DNA of 64,000 nucleotides from Candidatus Nanoarchaeia archaeon (GTDB taxonomy: Archaea > Nanobdellota > Nanobdellia > SCGC-AAA011-G17 > DATDVL01). A model generated the notes under the pieces. That model did not search any database and was not told the DNA's origin. It worked only from the letters and a program-made list of their open reading frames with translations. This document shows positions 10,004 through 18,910 of this stretch, piece after piece. Position numbers and translations under genes: made by a program. The stretch lies in the NCBI GenBank assembly GCA_035289925.1, contig DATDVR010000005.1, forward strand, positions 112,916 through 176,915, in the 5' to 3' direction. The stretch's first letter is position 1, and the number at the start of each line of letters is the position of its first letter.

Positions 10004-10537
10004 TTAAGTTATTTTTAATTCTATCATATGAGTGCCATCTGTTGTAATTTCTGAGTATTTCACCAAAATATTGTATTCACCTAAATATGGATTTGAATGA
10101 TCTGAAATTATGCTGAACTTCAAATTACTGTAAGCAACTCCCAGGTTAATATTGTATTCGTCTCTGATATTTGTCTCGTCTTGCCAGATATCTAAAGTTC
10201 CTTCTTTTTTTACAATCCTGTTTGAAGATGAAGAAGGCTCAACTATCAATGCTGTAGTTTTCATGCTCCAGTTCACTGAATTTTCATTTATGTATAAATC
10301 TCCTCTTTGAATGTTGAATGGAGACAACTCTCTTTGAGAACCAAGACCTTCAGATATTACAGTCCTGATGCTTTCATCAAAGACGTACATCAACTCTTTA
10401 GTTTGAGCAAAAGTGTTTCTATCTTTTATTTTGTTTATTAATGGAATTCCTGCTGCCAATATTAAAGTCATTGCGACAATACCAATGGCTGTATAAAGAA
10501 CAGCAGATATCCAGATCTCACCTTTTTTCATTTTCAT
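10004..10537 (-). CDS. pilin-like protein (N-terminal MKMKKGEIWISAVLYTAIGIVAMTLIL)
   Basis: Class III signal-peptide-like N-terminus; part of the pilin gene array. Confidence 0.55.
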   Translation of the reverse strand: MKMKKGEIWISAVLYTAIGIVAMTLILAAGIPLINKIKDRNTFAQTKELMYVFDESIRTVISEGLGSQRELSPFNIQRGDLYINENSVNWSMKTTALIVEPSSSSNRIVKKEGTLDIWQDETNIRDEYNINLGVAYSNLKFSIISDHSNPYLGEYNILVKYSEITTDGTHMIELKIT

Positions 10538-11010
10538 TCAATTGGAAATTCTTCTTCAAAAACTTCGCAGGCATATTTCTTTGATTTTATTGCCTGGCTG
10601 CAGATTATCTTTTCTCCAGAACCTGACAATATTGTGGCTATTGCATCTACTTCAGTGCCTGAAGACAAGCCCTGCTCAATCAAGTCAAAGTTTTTCACTC
10701 CAAATGCCTGGATTCCATCTGAAAAGCTTACTGGAATAATTTCTTCTCCAGAATGAACTCTCAAAGTCAAGTTTACAATGTCGATCTCGCCGTTATTTTC
10801 TACTGTTATCTTCTCATTTATGCAGTCAACTTTTGAAATCTCAAAATTTAATTTATTTGTACATAACAAGGCAGACTCTGTAGTCTTTCCGACATTTTCC
10901 TGAGCTTCCTGGACAAAACTTATGCCCCAGTTGAAGACTACAACTGCCAAAGCTACTGTAAAACCTATCAATAAAATTGATGCTATCAATGGAGATATAC
11001 CCTTTTTCAT
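10534..11010 (-). CDS. archaeal type IV pilin (class III signal peptide, KGISPLIASILLIGFTVALAVV)
   Basis: Textbook archaeal prepilin motif K-G-(I/V)-S-P-(L/V)-I-A; stop/start overlap with neighbours. Confidence 0.75.
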   Translation of the reverse strand: MKKGISPLIASILLIGFTVALAVVVFNWGISFVQEAQENVGKTTESALLCTNKLNFEISKVDCINEKITVENNGEIDIVNLTLRVHSGEEIIPVSFSDGIQAFGVKNFDLIEQGLSSGTEVDAIATILSGSGEKIICSQAIKSKKYACEVFEEEFPIE

Positions 11011-11493
11011 TTATTCCACCTCATACGAAACTTTTTTACTTGAACATGGCTCATAGATGCCAGGACCTATAAATACTTTTGGAATGACATCAACAACTTC
11101 TGGAGTGCCGACTTCAAACACATTAAATTCTACAGTAAAAGTCTTGACTTCTGAAGCTGATAAAGGTTCTAAAACTTCCAAACTATTCTGACCCTTGCTG
11201 CCACGAACTACAAACACAAAACCATCAACATCATTCTTTAAATTTTCAACATCAACATCCAATGAAGAACCTGATAAAGAAACGCCCTTGATTGTGACTG
11301 CGATATCTGTCAAACAGTCAAGCTTTGATGAAGAAATTGCACCCTGCTTCTGCTTCAATTCTGTGACATAAGTCCTGTTCCATAATGTTACTGTTGCAAC
11401 AACAGCTATAGTGAATCCAATTAGCAAAACAGTTGCTATCAATGGGGAGACACCTCTTTTCAACATATCACCTTCACGCTCCTTGAACTGCAT
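11011..11493 (-). CDS. archaeal type IV pilin (class III signal peptide, RGVSPLIATVLLIGFTIAVV)
   Basis: Motif RGVSPLIATVLLIGFT. The true start is probably the internal Met (MLKRGVSP) at about 11466, which removes the overlap with the upstream gene. Confidence 0.75.
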   Translation of the reverse strand: MQFKEREGDMLKRGVSPLIATVLLIGFTIAVVATVTLWNRTYVTELKQKQGAISSSKLDCLTDIAVTIKGVSLSGSSLDVDVENLKNDVDGFVFVVRGSKGQNSLEVLEPLSASEVKTFTVEFNVFEVGTPEVVDVIPKVFIGPGIYEPCSSKKVSYEVE

Positions 11494-11885
11494 GTAGAGT
11501 TCCTTGAAATAGGAATGAACTCAATTTCATCACCCGGTATAGTGTCTAAAATGCTATTTAACACTTTCGTTTGCCCAGGTATTATTGACTCGTCCCAGAT
11601 ATTTCTGTTTCCATTTACAATCATCTCGTCATTTATCCTTATTATAAAATCGTCTATTGTAAAACTTCCCTTGTTTGAAATTTTTGGATTGGAGCAGTCA
11701 TTTGTCAAGTTAACATTAAAAGAGATATCATTGCAAAGCATGTCCTCATTTATAGGATCTACAATGTCCTTCACGTCTTTTTCTACAGTGCTTTTAATCC
11801 AGATGGAAACTATTGTTGCCAAGGCTATCGTCATGCCAACTAATAATATCCAGGATATTATTTCTGATGCTGCCCTCTTATTCAT
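11460..11885 (-). CDS. pilin-like protein
   Basis: N-terminal hydrophobic helix after MNKRAASEI…; in the pilin array. Confidence 0.5.
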   Translation of the reverse strand: MNKRAASEIISWILLVGMTIALATIVSIWIKSTVEKDVKDIVDPINEDMLCNDISFNVNLTNDCSNPKISNKGSFTIDDFIIRINDEMIVNGNRNIWDESIIPGQTKVLNSILDTIPGDEIEFIPISRNSTCSSRSVKVIC

Positions 11886-12543
11886 TTTGCTCCTCTAAAT
11901 TAATAGGAAGTGCTTCTTTAAAGTTTCCTTTTGTATAGACTTTTCTCTGGTTGCCTTTTTCTTCCCTGCCTACAATAACTACATCTGGCTTGCCCTTGTT
12001 TATCTCAACTTCATATTGGACATCGCCTAGCCTTATATTTATGTTGTAATTGTTAGAGTCTGTTATTCCAATCTGCTTTGTGCATGCAACCAATGAACCT
12101 ACTTTTATCCCTGAAACAGACCATTCACCGCCTGCAACTCTAAATCCAGCTAAAATATTTCTTGAACAACCAACTAAATTTTCCTCTATATTTTGGTCTT
12201 CCTTGATAATTTTTACATCTTGGTCTAGATAATTGCCAACGTATAACTTGCTTTTGTAGTCAAACAAATATAATAATCCAAACTTGGGGTTTTTTGTCTT
12301 TGAGTATGAAGTGAAGAATGAAGTGAAATCCTCGAAATACTGCCTGATATCTGAATCTGTGAATGATTGAGACAACAAATAATTGACGAACTTAGCAGAT
12401 TCTACATCATAATTCTGAGACAATTCTTCAAAATCATCATCTAAGATTGTTCTTTTTACAACATTCGTGTCTGTGTAAAGCAAATAGATAACAAAGGCTA
12501 GAATAATGACTGTCAAAAGATATACCTGCCCTCTTTTTTGCAT
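11878..12543 (-). CDS. pilin-like protein (MQKRGQVYLLTVIILAFVIYLL)
   Basis: KRGQ followed by a hydrophobic helix; first gene of the pilin array. Confidence 0.55.
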   Translation of the reverse strand: MQKRGQVYLLTVIILAFVIYLLYTDTNVVKRTILDDDFEELSQNYDVESAKFVNYLLSQSFTDSDIRQYFEDFTSFFTSYSKTKNPKFGLLYLFDYKSKLYVGNYLDQDVKIIKEDQNIEENLVGCSRNILAGFRVAGGEWSVSGIKVGSLVACTKQIGITDSNNYNINIRLGDVQYEVEINKGKPDVVIVGREEKGNQRKVYTKGNFKEALPINLEEQNE

Positions 12544-12606
12544 AGAATAAAGCTATTTGTGAAATTTAAATAGGTTACTGTTAAGAAAAAAAGCGATGTT
12601 GAAGCA

Positions 12607-12831
12607 ATGCTGGATACAATAAATCTTGACATAAATAAATTGTATGGCAGGATTCCTAAAGAAGAAGAAAGCATCTATGTAGACGATGAACGTTTTTTAG
12701 TTGTCCCAATATTTTTAAAGATGGCGCAAAAGAATAAGGAAGAAGTTTTTGTTGTAGGTTCTTATGATTACCAGGATAAGTTTTTTAAAGTTGACTACAT
12801 CCAGATGCAGAAGATAGGGATTTACTTCTAA
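12607..12831 (+). CDS. hypothetical small protein
   Basis: 74-aa ORF; no family recognised. Confidence 0.3.
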   Translation: MLDTINLDINKLYGRIPKEEESIYVDDERFLVVPIFLKMAQKNKEEVFVVGSYDYQDKFFKVDYIQMQKIGIYF

Positions 12832-12871
12832 TTTACCATAATTTTATAAAGCTAGTTTCTTTATTATTATA

Positions 12872-13156
12872 ATGGCAGTAAGATACAAACAGCTTTGCTT
12901 TAAATGCAAGAAGAAATATGTAGAAGCTACCTGGAAAGACAGATATATTCTATGTTATGACTGCCAGAAAGCTGAGCTAAGCATTGAAATCAAGAATCCA
13001 AAGATGAAAAAGCTTTTTGACATCCCAGAATCATTTTATGAAAAAAATTCATTCTTAAGAAGCATCAAAGTTAACTACTTGAAGTTTGGAAATTTAACAG
13101 ACAAACAAATTGAATATTTCAAGAAGACAGTTGATAAATTAAAGAAAGAAAAATAA
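12872..13156 (+). CDS. small zinc-ribbon protein (CxxC…CxxC)
   Basis: MAVRYKQLCFKCKKKY…CYDCQKAE. Confidence 0.5.
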   Translation: MAVRYKQLCFKCKKKYVEATWKDRYILCYDCQKAELSIEIKNPKMKKLFDIPESFYEKNSFLRSIKVNYLKFGNLTDKQIEYFKKTVDKLKKEK

Positions 13157-13229
13157 GCCCAGGATGTGATTTGCACACACGATCTCCTGATTACCAATCA
13201 GGTGCTTTAACTAACTAAGCCACCTGGGC
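13156..13229 (-). tRNA. tRNA-Thr (anticodon GGU)
   Basis: Hand-folded: acceptor GCCCAGG/CCTGGGC, D-stem GCTT/AAGC, anticodon stem CCTGA/TCAGG with loop TTGGTAA, T-stem GTGTG/CACAT. The T-loop is TGCAAAT, with an unusual G55. Confidence 0.8.
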
Positions 13230-13284
13230 AATAGAGATGCCAACAAAAAGAGGTTTTATATAGTTTTCTTTTGTATTAAAAATA

Positions 13285-14001
13285 ATGAAACTCGAAGACT
13301 GTATTAGCCCTATGGATTTTCGCTATAGAAGATTTGATAGGGAACTAGATGAGGTGGCAAGAAAATACAGAAGTTTAGACGAGCTTTCAAAGATTAAAAA
13401 AATTATGCCAGAATTATTATTGCCAAGACTAGCATCTTTAGAAGATAATTTGTTAAATATTGCAGTAGAAAATAAAGGGAAAAAAGTGCCAAAAAGAATT
13501 GATGGAAGACATGCTGGAAAAACAACAGTGGACAATATTTTTGGAATTTATGCAGAGAGATTAAATTATAGGATTCATAAGTTGAAAATAATTCCTTTAG
13601 ATTTAAAAGAATTAGAAGAGAGCAAAAGAAATGACAGGCTTGCTGATATTGTTTATGCAGGATTATCCACTCTTGGTGTTGAAGCAAATATTGCAGATGA
13701 TATTAGGCAGCTGCACAGAAGCGAGATAGAAGAAGTAGGCTGGAAAGATTATGGCAAAGAAAGAATTGGATCTTCTACAATGCCACATAAACAAAATCCA
13801 GTTGAATATGAAAACATTGTTGGTTTTTACAAAGCAACTATACCAATGATGACAACTGCGCTTTTTGCATTAATAACAGAGCATCAAGGAGATTCTAGAA
13901 ACGATGATTTAGCTGGCCATGTATTTGAAATGCTAAGCAGAATATGTTACACTACGTTTAGTCTAGATAAAGCATTAAAAAATTTAGAAGTCAAAGTTTA
14001 A
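13285..14001 (+). CDS. truncated class I lyase (adenylosuccinate lyase-like), possible pseudogene
   Basis: Carries the fumarate-lyase signature GSSTMPHKQNP(VEYEN) and a PurB-like N-terminus ISPMDFRY, but is only 238 aa against about 450. It ends 2 bp before a convergent gene. Confidence 0.5.
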   Translation: MKLEDCISPMDFRYRRFDRELDEVARKYRSLDELSKIKKIMPELLLPRLASLEDNLLNIAVENKGKKVPKRIDGRHAGKTTVDNIFGIYAERLNYRIHKLKIIPLDLKELEESKRNDRLADIVYAGLSTLGVEANIADDIRQLHRSEIEEVGWKDYGKERIGSSTMPHKQNPVEYENIVGFYKATIPMMTTALFALITEHQGDSRNDDLAGHVFEMLSRICYTTFSLDKALKNLEVKV

Positions 14002-14003
14002 TT

Positions 14004-14555
14004 TTACTTTTTACTCTTCTTAATTCCAATGTAAACTAATAATACCAATTCTATGAACAATACAACTACCCTCATAACCTTTGATAAATCTCCAAAGACT
14101 CTTGCTGTGCCATAAATCAAAGTTAATATACCTCCAAACATAAAACCAGAAGCAATTGCATCTAATTTAATATACATTAAGCCAGCTAAGATTGCTATGA
14201 TTCCAATAACTGCTGTAATAAAGAAAATATTTCTTGAATAAATCTTGTTTTCAGCATCATATTTGACCTGGCAGGTTTCACAGTAAGGATTAATCTGGCA
14301 ACCGTTCTCATCCACATCATATGCAACATATCCAATGTCTTGAGTACAGCTAGTGTAAATAGGATCTTTATAATTTAATTTTTGACATAAGCTTTCATTG
14401 TAAACTTGATATGGCTTTTCAGGATAAGGATAATTTCTTGACTTGCAGAAATCGTTGTAATCTGGACCAGAATAGAAAGCGTCAATTGCAAATCCAATGA
14501 ACAATGCAAACAAAACTGCAATGCCTATTGTCAATGAAACTTTCTTAATTTCCAT
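14004..14555 (-). CDS. membrane protein with Cys-rich extracytoplasmic domain
   Basis: N-terminal TM, eight or more Cys, two C-terminal TMs. Confidence 0.5.
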   Translation of the reverse strand: MEIKKVSLTIGIAVLFALFIGFAIDAFYSGPDYNDFCKSRNYPYPEKPYQVYNESLCQKLNYKDPIYTSCTQDIGYVAYDVDENGCQINPYCETCQVKYDAENKIYSRNIFFITAVIGIIAILAGLMYIKLDAIASGFMFGGILTLIYGTARVFGDLSKVMRVVVLFIELVLLVYIGIKKSKK

Positions 14556-14597
14556 ATCTGTAAAATGTTCTAATCATTAATAAAGGTTTCTAGTATA

Positions 14598-14825
14598 TTA
14601 TTGAGGTAGCGCTACCCCAAATTTGGATGGGATTTCTAAACTTTTCAAGTTAGCCTTCTTTGAAAAGCTATGTATCGCAAGCCCTAGAACATCTCCAGTC
14701 TTTTTATCAACCCTCTCAAAGATGCCTTTACCGAGATTCCTAAATACCCCTTTTTTAGTATCGCCTATAGATATCTCTAGAAAATCTGCTTCCTTGTCAT
14801 AATATATCTTTAGTTTTCCTTTCAT
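14598..14825 (-). CDS. DUF2283-family small protein (putative antitoxin partner)
   Basis: …KIYYDKEADFLEISIG…GDVLGLAIHSFS matches the DUF2283 pattern; 4-nt overlap with the upstream DUF4258 gene. Confidence 0.55.
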   Translation of the reverse strand: MKGKLKIYYDKEADFLEISIGDTKKGVFRNLGKGIFERVDKKTGDVLGLAIHSFSKKANLKSLEIPSKFGVALPQ

Positions 14826-15124
14826 CTTATTTTGTCTGTATAAAAACTTGTTATTATAAAACCTTTGCCGTTTAAATATTTTACTGAAATAAACAGATAT
14901 TGTTTCATATCTTTGTAGTATCTAAAATAAAGCCCAACATTTTTATCTTCATCGTATCCGATTATTTTATGAGGTCTTTCTAAAGTTTCTTTGATAAATT
15001 CTAATTTCCCTTGCATTATTGGATGTTTCATTATATGCTTGAATCTTTCACTTGTCAAATAAATTTTTCTTCTTGTAATATCTATTGTTTCAAATATGAT
15101 ATTCATGAGATAATAAGATTTCAA
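14822..15124 (-). CDS. DUF4258-family small protein (putative toxin partner)
   Basis: …LTSERFKHIMKHPI…GFIITSFYTD resembles DUF4258; a canonical two-gene overlapping cassette. Confidence 0.55.
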   Translation of the reverse strand: MKSYYLMNIIFETIDITRRKIYLTSERFKHIMKHPIMQGKLEFIKETLERPHKIIGYDEDKNVGLYFRYYKDMKQYLFISVKYLNGKGFIITSFYTDKIR

Positions 15125-15259
15125 AGTTTAATATGATTTACTCAAGAAAATTTGAAAAGCTTGCATTGCCATTAAAATTATTTTAATTAAATTGCAAGAT
15201 TTATTAATAAATCAAATTTTTGCGGAATTTCTATAATAAAGTTGAATTAAGAAAAAAAG

Positions 15260-15367
15260 TGTCGGGGACAGGATTTGAACCTGCGTAGGCACTAAGCCAC
15301 AGGATCTTAAGTCCTGCGCATTTAGTCCTTCTTTATATGAAGTTTGACCGAGCTCTGCCACCCCGAC
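15260..15367 (-). tRNA. tRNA-Leu (anticodon UAA) with ~21-nt insertion in the D-loop (putative non-canonical intron)
   Basis: Acceptor GTCGGGG/CCCCGAC, anticodon arm CAGGA-CTTAAGA-TCCTG, long variable arm TGGCTTAGTGCCTAC, T-arm GCAGG-TTCAAAT-CCTGT. The region between the D-stem halves (GCA…TGC) is about 35 nt where about 13 is normal. Confidence 0.6.
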
Positions 15368-15409
15368 ATTGAACTAAAGCAAGAAAAACTTTATTTATAA
15401 AACTAGTGG

Positions 15410-15721
15410 TTACCTGCTTCTTTTTGATTGATATTCTCTCTTTAAAACCAACAAGCCCCAGATGTACAATCCAGAAATTATAATCAAAAGAATGCCTTCA
15501 ATCTTCTTGAAGACCATGTCTGTAAAAAAACCATAGTCTATGCCTATTTCAATCATTCTTCTAGTAAAAACCAAAGCAAAGGCCCATGTAAATGCCAGCC
15601 ACGATACAGCCCTTGGAGTTTTTCTTACAAAAAGATAAATCTGAAAAGATAGGAAAGCTGCAATAAATGAAAGTATGCTATGAACTAAAACAGTAACCAA
15701 TGAGCCTAATTCTTCAGCCAT
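15410..15721 (-). CDS. small integral membrane protein
   Basis: 103 aa with three predicted TM helices. Confidence 0.5.
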   Translation of the reverse strand: MAEELGSLVTVLVHSILSFIAAFLSFQIYLFVRKTPRAVSWLAFTWAFALVFTRRMIEIGIDYGFFTDMVFKKIEGILLIIISGLYIWGLLVLKREYQSKRSR

Positions 15722-15771
15722 AGAGTTTTAAGCTTATTTTTAGCTTATATATTTTGTTATTCATCAAAGAG

Positions 15772-16089
15772 TTATTTCAACTTCTTAGCCAGTTCTTTTA
15801 CTTTTGACTTTGGAAGTTTGAGGAAGTGATCCATGCAGTAGCCAAATGATTCTGAGTGGTTTTCACATTGGTAGCCCATTTCTGTAACGAACTTGCATCT
15901 TCCAGGGATGAACCTGCAATTTTCGCAATAGCCAAATCTAGAAATTTTAGTGCCATCTGGCAAGTAGAATTTCTTGCATTTTTTGCATAGCAATCTAAAC
16001 TTGGGTTTTGCCTTAATCATAGTACATAGTCTGGAATACCCTTTATATACTGTTCGAAAACCCTTAAATTCAGAAGTTTTATAAAGCAA
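15772..16089 (-). CDS. Cys-rich zinc-finger protein
   Basis: Multiple CxxC pairs (CKKCKK, CENC, …) in 105 aa. Confidence 0.5.
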   Translation of the reverse strand: MLYKTSEFKGFRTVYKGYSRLCTMIKAKPKFRLLCKKCKKFYLPDGTKISRFGYCENCRFIPGRCKFVTEMGYQCENHSESFGYCMDHFLKLPKSKVKELAKKLK

Positions 16090-16107
16090 ATTTTAAGGTT
16101 TAAACTT

Positions 16108-16605
16108 ATGATAATAAGTGTATTTGGCGGAAGCTTTGGAGCTAGTGAAGAAGATATTCAATTAGCTTATGAATTAGGTAAGAGAATTGGATTGAAAGGG
16201 CATACTCTGAAAAACGGAGGATACAATGGAACTATGGAAGCTTCTGCAAAAGGATGCAGGGAACAAGGCGGAAAAGTAATTGGAATTTGCGTTGAAGATG
16301 ATCCATGGGCAACTCCAAACAGATATTCTACTCATGTTATACATATGCCCTTTGAAGAAAGAGTTAGGGAATTAATGAAATATGATAGAGCAATTATCTT
16401 GCCAGGGCAAGTAGGAACTTTAGAAGAATTATTTATGGCATGGACAAATGCAATAGTTGATAAAAAAGACCCTATTTATTTTGTTGGAGATAAAAGCATC
16501 AAGCTTGTAGATTTTTTAATTAAAGAAGGCTGGGTAAGAAAAGACCAAGAACCAACTTTGAAAACTGTCAAAAATTTAGATGAAATTGATTTTTTAAAAC
16601 TATAA
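16108..16605 (+). CDS. LOG-family (TIGR00730) Rossmann-fold nucleotide-binding protein
   Basis: Motif LPGQVGTLEELFMAW (PGGxGTxxE-like) and GxGxxG-like N-terminus. Confidence 0.6.
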   Translation: MIISVFGGSFGASEEDIQLAYELGKRIGLKGHTLKNGGYNGTMEASAKGCREQGGKVIGICVEDDPWATPNRYSTHVIHMPFEERVRELMKYDRAIILPGQVGTLEELFMAWTNAIVDKKDPIYFVGDKSIKLVDFLIKEGWVRKDQEPTLKTVKNLDEIDFLKL

Positions 16606-16725
16606 ATTCAAAAGACTTATAAATTGAGAAAAAACAACAATAAAATGCAAGATTCAATAAGAAGTCACAGTTAATGTAAAGTTTTTTTCTAGTTATATTT
16701 ATCAAAATTCAATCGGAGGTTTAAA

Positions 16726-17736
16726 ATGAAAAATAGTCCTAAAGATATCGGAAAGAAAAACGTACTAAGAGATTCGGAGAATCTGGATCCTAAAGGTTTG
16801 AAAGAAGTTCATGGATACGACTTCAATAATGGGGTAAATTATGATAAAATGTTTGAAGCTTACGCATCAACAGGATTTCAAGCAACCCACTTAAATGAAG
16901 CCATTCAATTGATTAAAAAAATGAGAGAGGAAAAATGCACTATCTTTTTAGGATACACTTCAAGCATGATTTCATCTGGCTTAAGAGATGTTTTCAGATA
17001 TTTAGTTGAACATAAATTTGTTGATGTTGTTGTAACAACTGCAGGTGGAATTGAAGAAGACATAATTAAATGCATAAAACCATTTTTACTTGGAAAGTTT
17101 TCAATGTCTGGTGAATATCTAAGAGAGAAAGGTATCAACAGGGCTGGAAATGTCTTGATTCCTAATTCCAGATACTGCGCTTTTGAAGATTTTTTTGTTC
17201 CAATTTTAAAAGAGATTGTTGAAGAACAGAAGAAGACTGGAAAAGTTTATGCAACAAATGACTTAATATGGAAACTGGGAGATAAAATAAACAATAAAGA
17301 GTCAATCTATTACTGGGCAAACAAAAACAAGATACCTGTTTTCTGTCCTGCAATAACTGATGGTTCTATTGGGGACATGATGTACTTCTTTTCCTATGAC
17401 AATCCAGAATTAAAAATTGATTCTGTTGCCGACATAAGAAAATTAAACGACATTGCAATAACTGCCAAGAAAACTGGACTGATTATATTAGGTTCTGGTG
17501 TAGTTAAGCACCACATCTTGAATGCAAACATGATGAGGAATGGAGCAGATTATACAGTTTATGTGAATACTGCTGAAGAATATGACGGAAGCGATGCTGG
17601 GGCTAGACCAGATGAAGCTGTTTCATGGGGGAAGATACTTCCAGATGCTAGAGCTGTAAAAGTACATGCAGATGCAACTTTAGTATTTCCTATAATAGTT
17701 GCTGAAACTTTTGCTAAGGAAAAAAGCCTAGGGTAG
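16726..17736 (+). CDS. dys: deoxyhypusine synthase
   Basis: DHS blocks [66 protein letters not shown]. Confidence 0.9.
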   Translation: MKNSPKDIGKKNVLRDSENLDPKGLKEVHGYDFNNGVNYDKMFEAYASTGFQATHLNEAIQLIKKMREEKCTIFLGYTSSMISSGLRDVFRYLVEHKFVDVVVTTAGGIEEDIIKCIKPFLLGKFSMSGEYLREKGINRAGNVLIPNSRYCAFEDFFVPILKEIVEEQKKTGKVYATNDLIWKLGDKINNKESIYYWANKNKIPVFCPAITDGSIGDMMYFFSYDNPELKIDSVADIRKLNDIAITAKKTGLIILGSGVVKHHILNANMMRNGADYTVYVNTAEEYDGSDAGARPDEAVSWGKILPDARAVKVHADATLVFPIIVAETFAKEKSLG

Positions 17737-17810
17737 GAATTGCACCTACGACCTCAGGTTAATTCGCAAATGATACGAAACCCGTGCTCCACTAATTAAG
17801 CTACCTAGGC
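17725..17810 (-). tRNA. tRNA-Thr (anticodon CGU) with 13-nt canonical intron (37/38)
   Basis: Acceptor GCCTAGG/CCTAGGC, D-stem GCTT/GAGC, anticodon stem CGGGT/ACCTG. Loop TTCGTA then intron TCATTTGCGAATT (17761..17773); TTCG pairs with intron CGAA, flanked by 3-nt bulges (a BHB-like fold). T-loop TGCAATT with G55, as in the other Thr tRNA. Confidence 0.65.
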
Positions 17811-17980
17811 AAACTACTTCGTCTTTTGCTGAAGCTCTTCTAGCTTATATTTTTTCTGACAAGAATTACAGACTGGCTTTTTATTTATATAAGTGCCTTT
17901 AAATTTGTCTAAAAACAACTCTTCAATTTTTTCTGAACAAATGTGGCATTTCATTAAATAAGACAAAAAAAAGACATTTA

Positions 17981-18910
17981 TTAATGTTTAGGTATTGAGG
18001 TCTTAAAAGCGTAATAAGGTTGGGATTCATAGTAGGGATTGCCCAAGGCATTAATTTCTATATCTTTTAAAGATTTCTTAAAAAACTTTATTTTTATTCC
18101 TTTATTTGTATTTTTTGCTCTTAATTTTGGCAAATTTTTTCTTATTAGACTTGGATTAAAGAATACACTGTTTGCAGTAGGTTTTGGGATAAAAAGATTG
18201 GGATAAGCAATAATCAACAGCAAATTTTTACTATTAAAATCAAAAAAATTAGTAAAATTATCTAATCCTGAAGCCCTCAACAAGCCATCTTTAGATTCCT
18301 TCATTAAATCTTCTAAGCAGGCATGCTCTTCTTTGGAGTGTCTTAAATGAAACAATCCGCGAGCAATCAAAGGCAGATTATATTTTGACAGATAAGAACT
18401 AACAAATTCTTCGAGCTTAATTTTTTGAAGTCCAGAATTAAGTTCGTCCAACTTATCATCAAAATATGGAGTATCAGCTCCAAAATAAAAATCTAACTTC
18501 TTTCTACTTTCCTTGAAATCAAACTCGTAGAAGCCACCATCGCTTTTCTCTCTTGATGGATTATATTTTATTTTTATTCCAATTCTCTTTAGATAAACAA
18601 CATATCTTTCAATTCTCTTCCTTATAGCTTCATATTTTGATTGGCTACCAACTTCATAAGCCTCTAAAGGAGAAATAGCATCTTCTGAACTAAAGTGGTC
18701 ATCAAGAGCCTTAAAATAATCAGTGCCTTTAAGCCTAGAATCATATAATATTTGGATAAAATCCCTTAAGTCCCAAAATTTAGGGTTAATGTCTCTATTG
18801 TCATAAACATATTTTTCTTCTACATTATCAAAGACTAATATCAAGTTACCCCGCACATTATTTAACTGCACAAACATATATAAACCTTTCCTGCAAAAAT
18901 TTATACTCAT
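17981..18910 (-). CDS. hypothetical protein
   Basis: 309-aa ORF; no family recognised. Confidence 0.5.
   Translation of the reverse strand: MSINFCRKGLYMFVQLNNVRGNLILVFDNVEEKYVYDNRDINPKFWDLRDFIQILYDSRLKGTDYFKALDDHFSSEDAISPLEAYEVGSQSKYEAIRKRIERYVVYLKRIGIKIKYNPSREKSDGGFYEFDFKESRKKLDFYFGADTPYFDDKLDELNSGLQKIKLEEFVSSYLSKYNLPLIARGLFHLRHSKEEHACLEDLMKESKDGLLRASGLDNFTNFFDFNSKNLLLIIAYPNLFIPKPTANSVFFNPSLIRKNLPKLRAKNTNKGIKIKFFKKSLKDIEINALGNPYYESQPYYAFKTSIPKH

Noticed and set aside
13323-13687. ORFs 13323..13535 (-) and 13403..13687 (-)
   Set aside because: They lie fully inside, and antisense to, the lyase-like ORF with its strong catalytic signature; they are Leu/Phe-rich translations of AT-rich antisense sequence.
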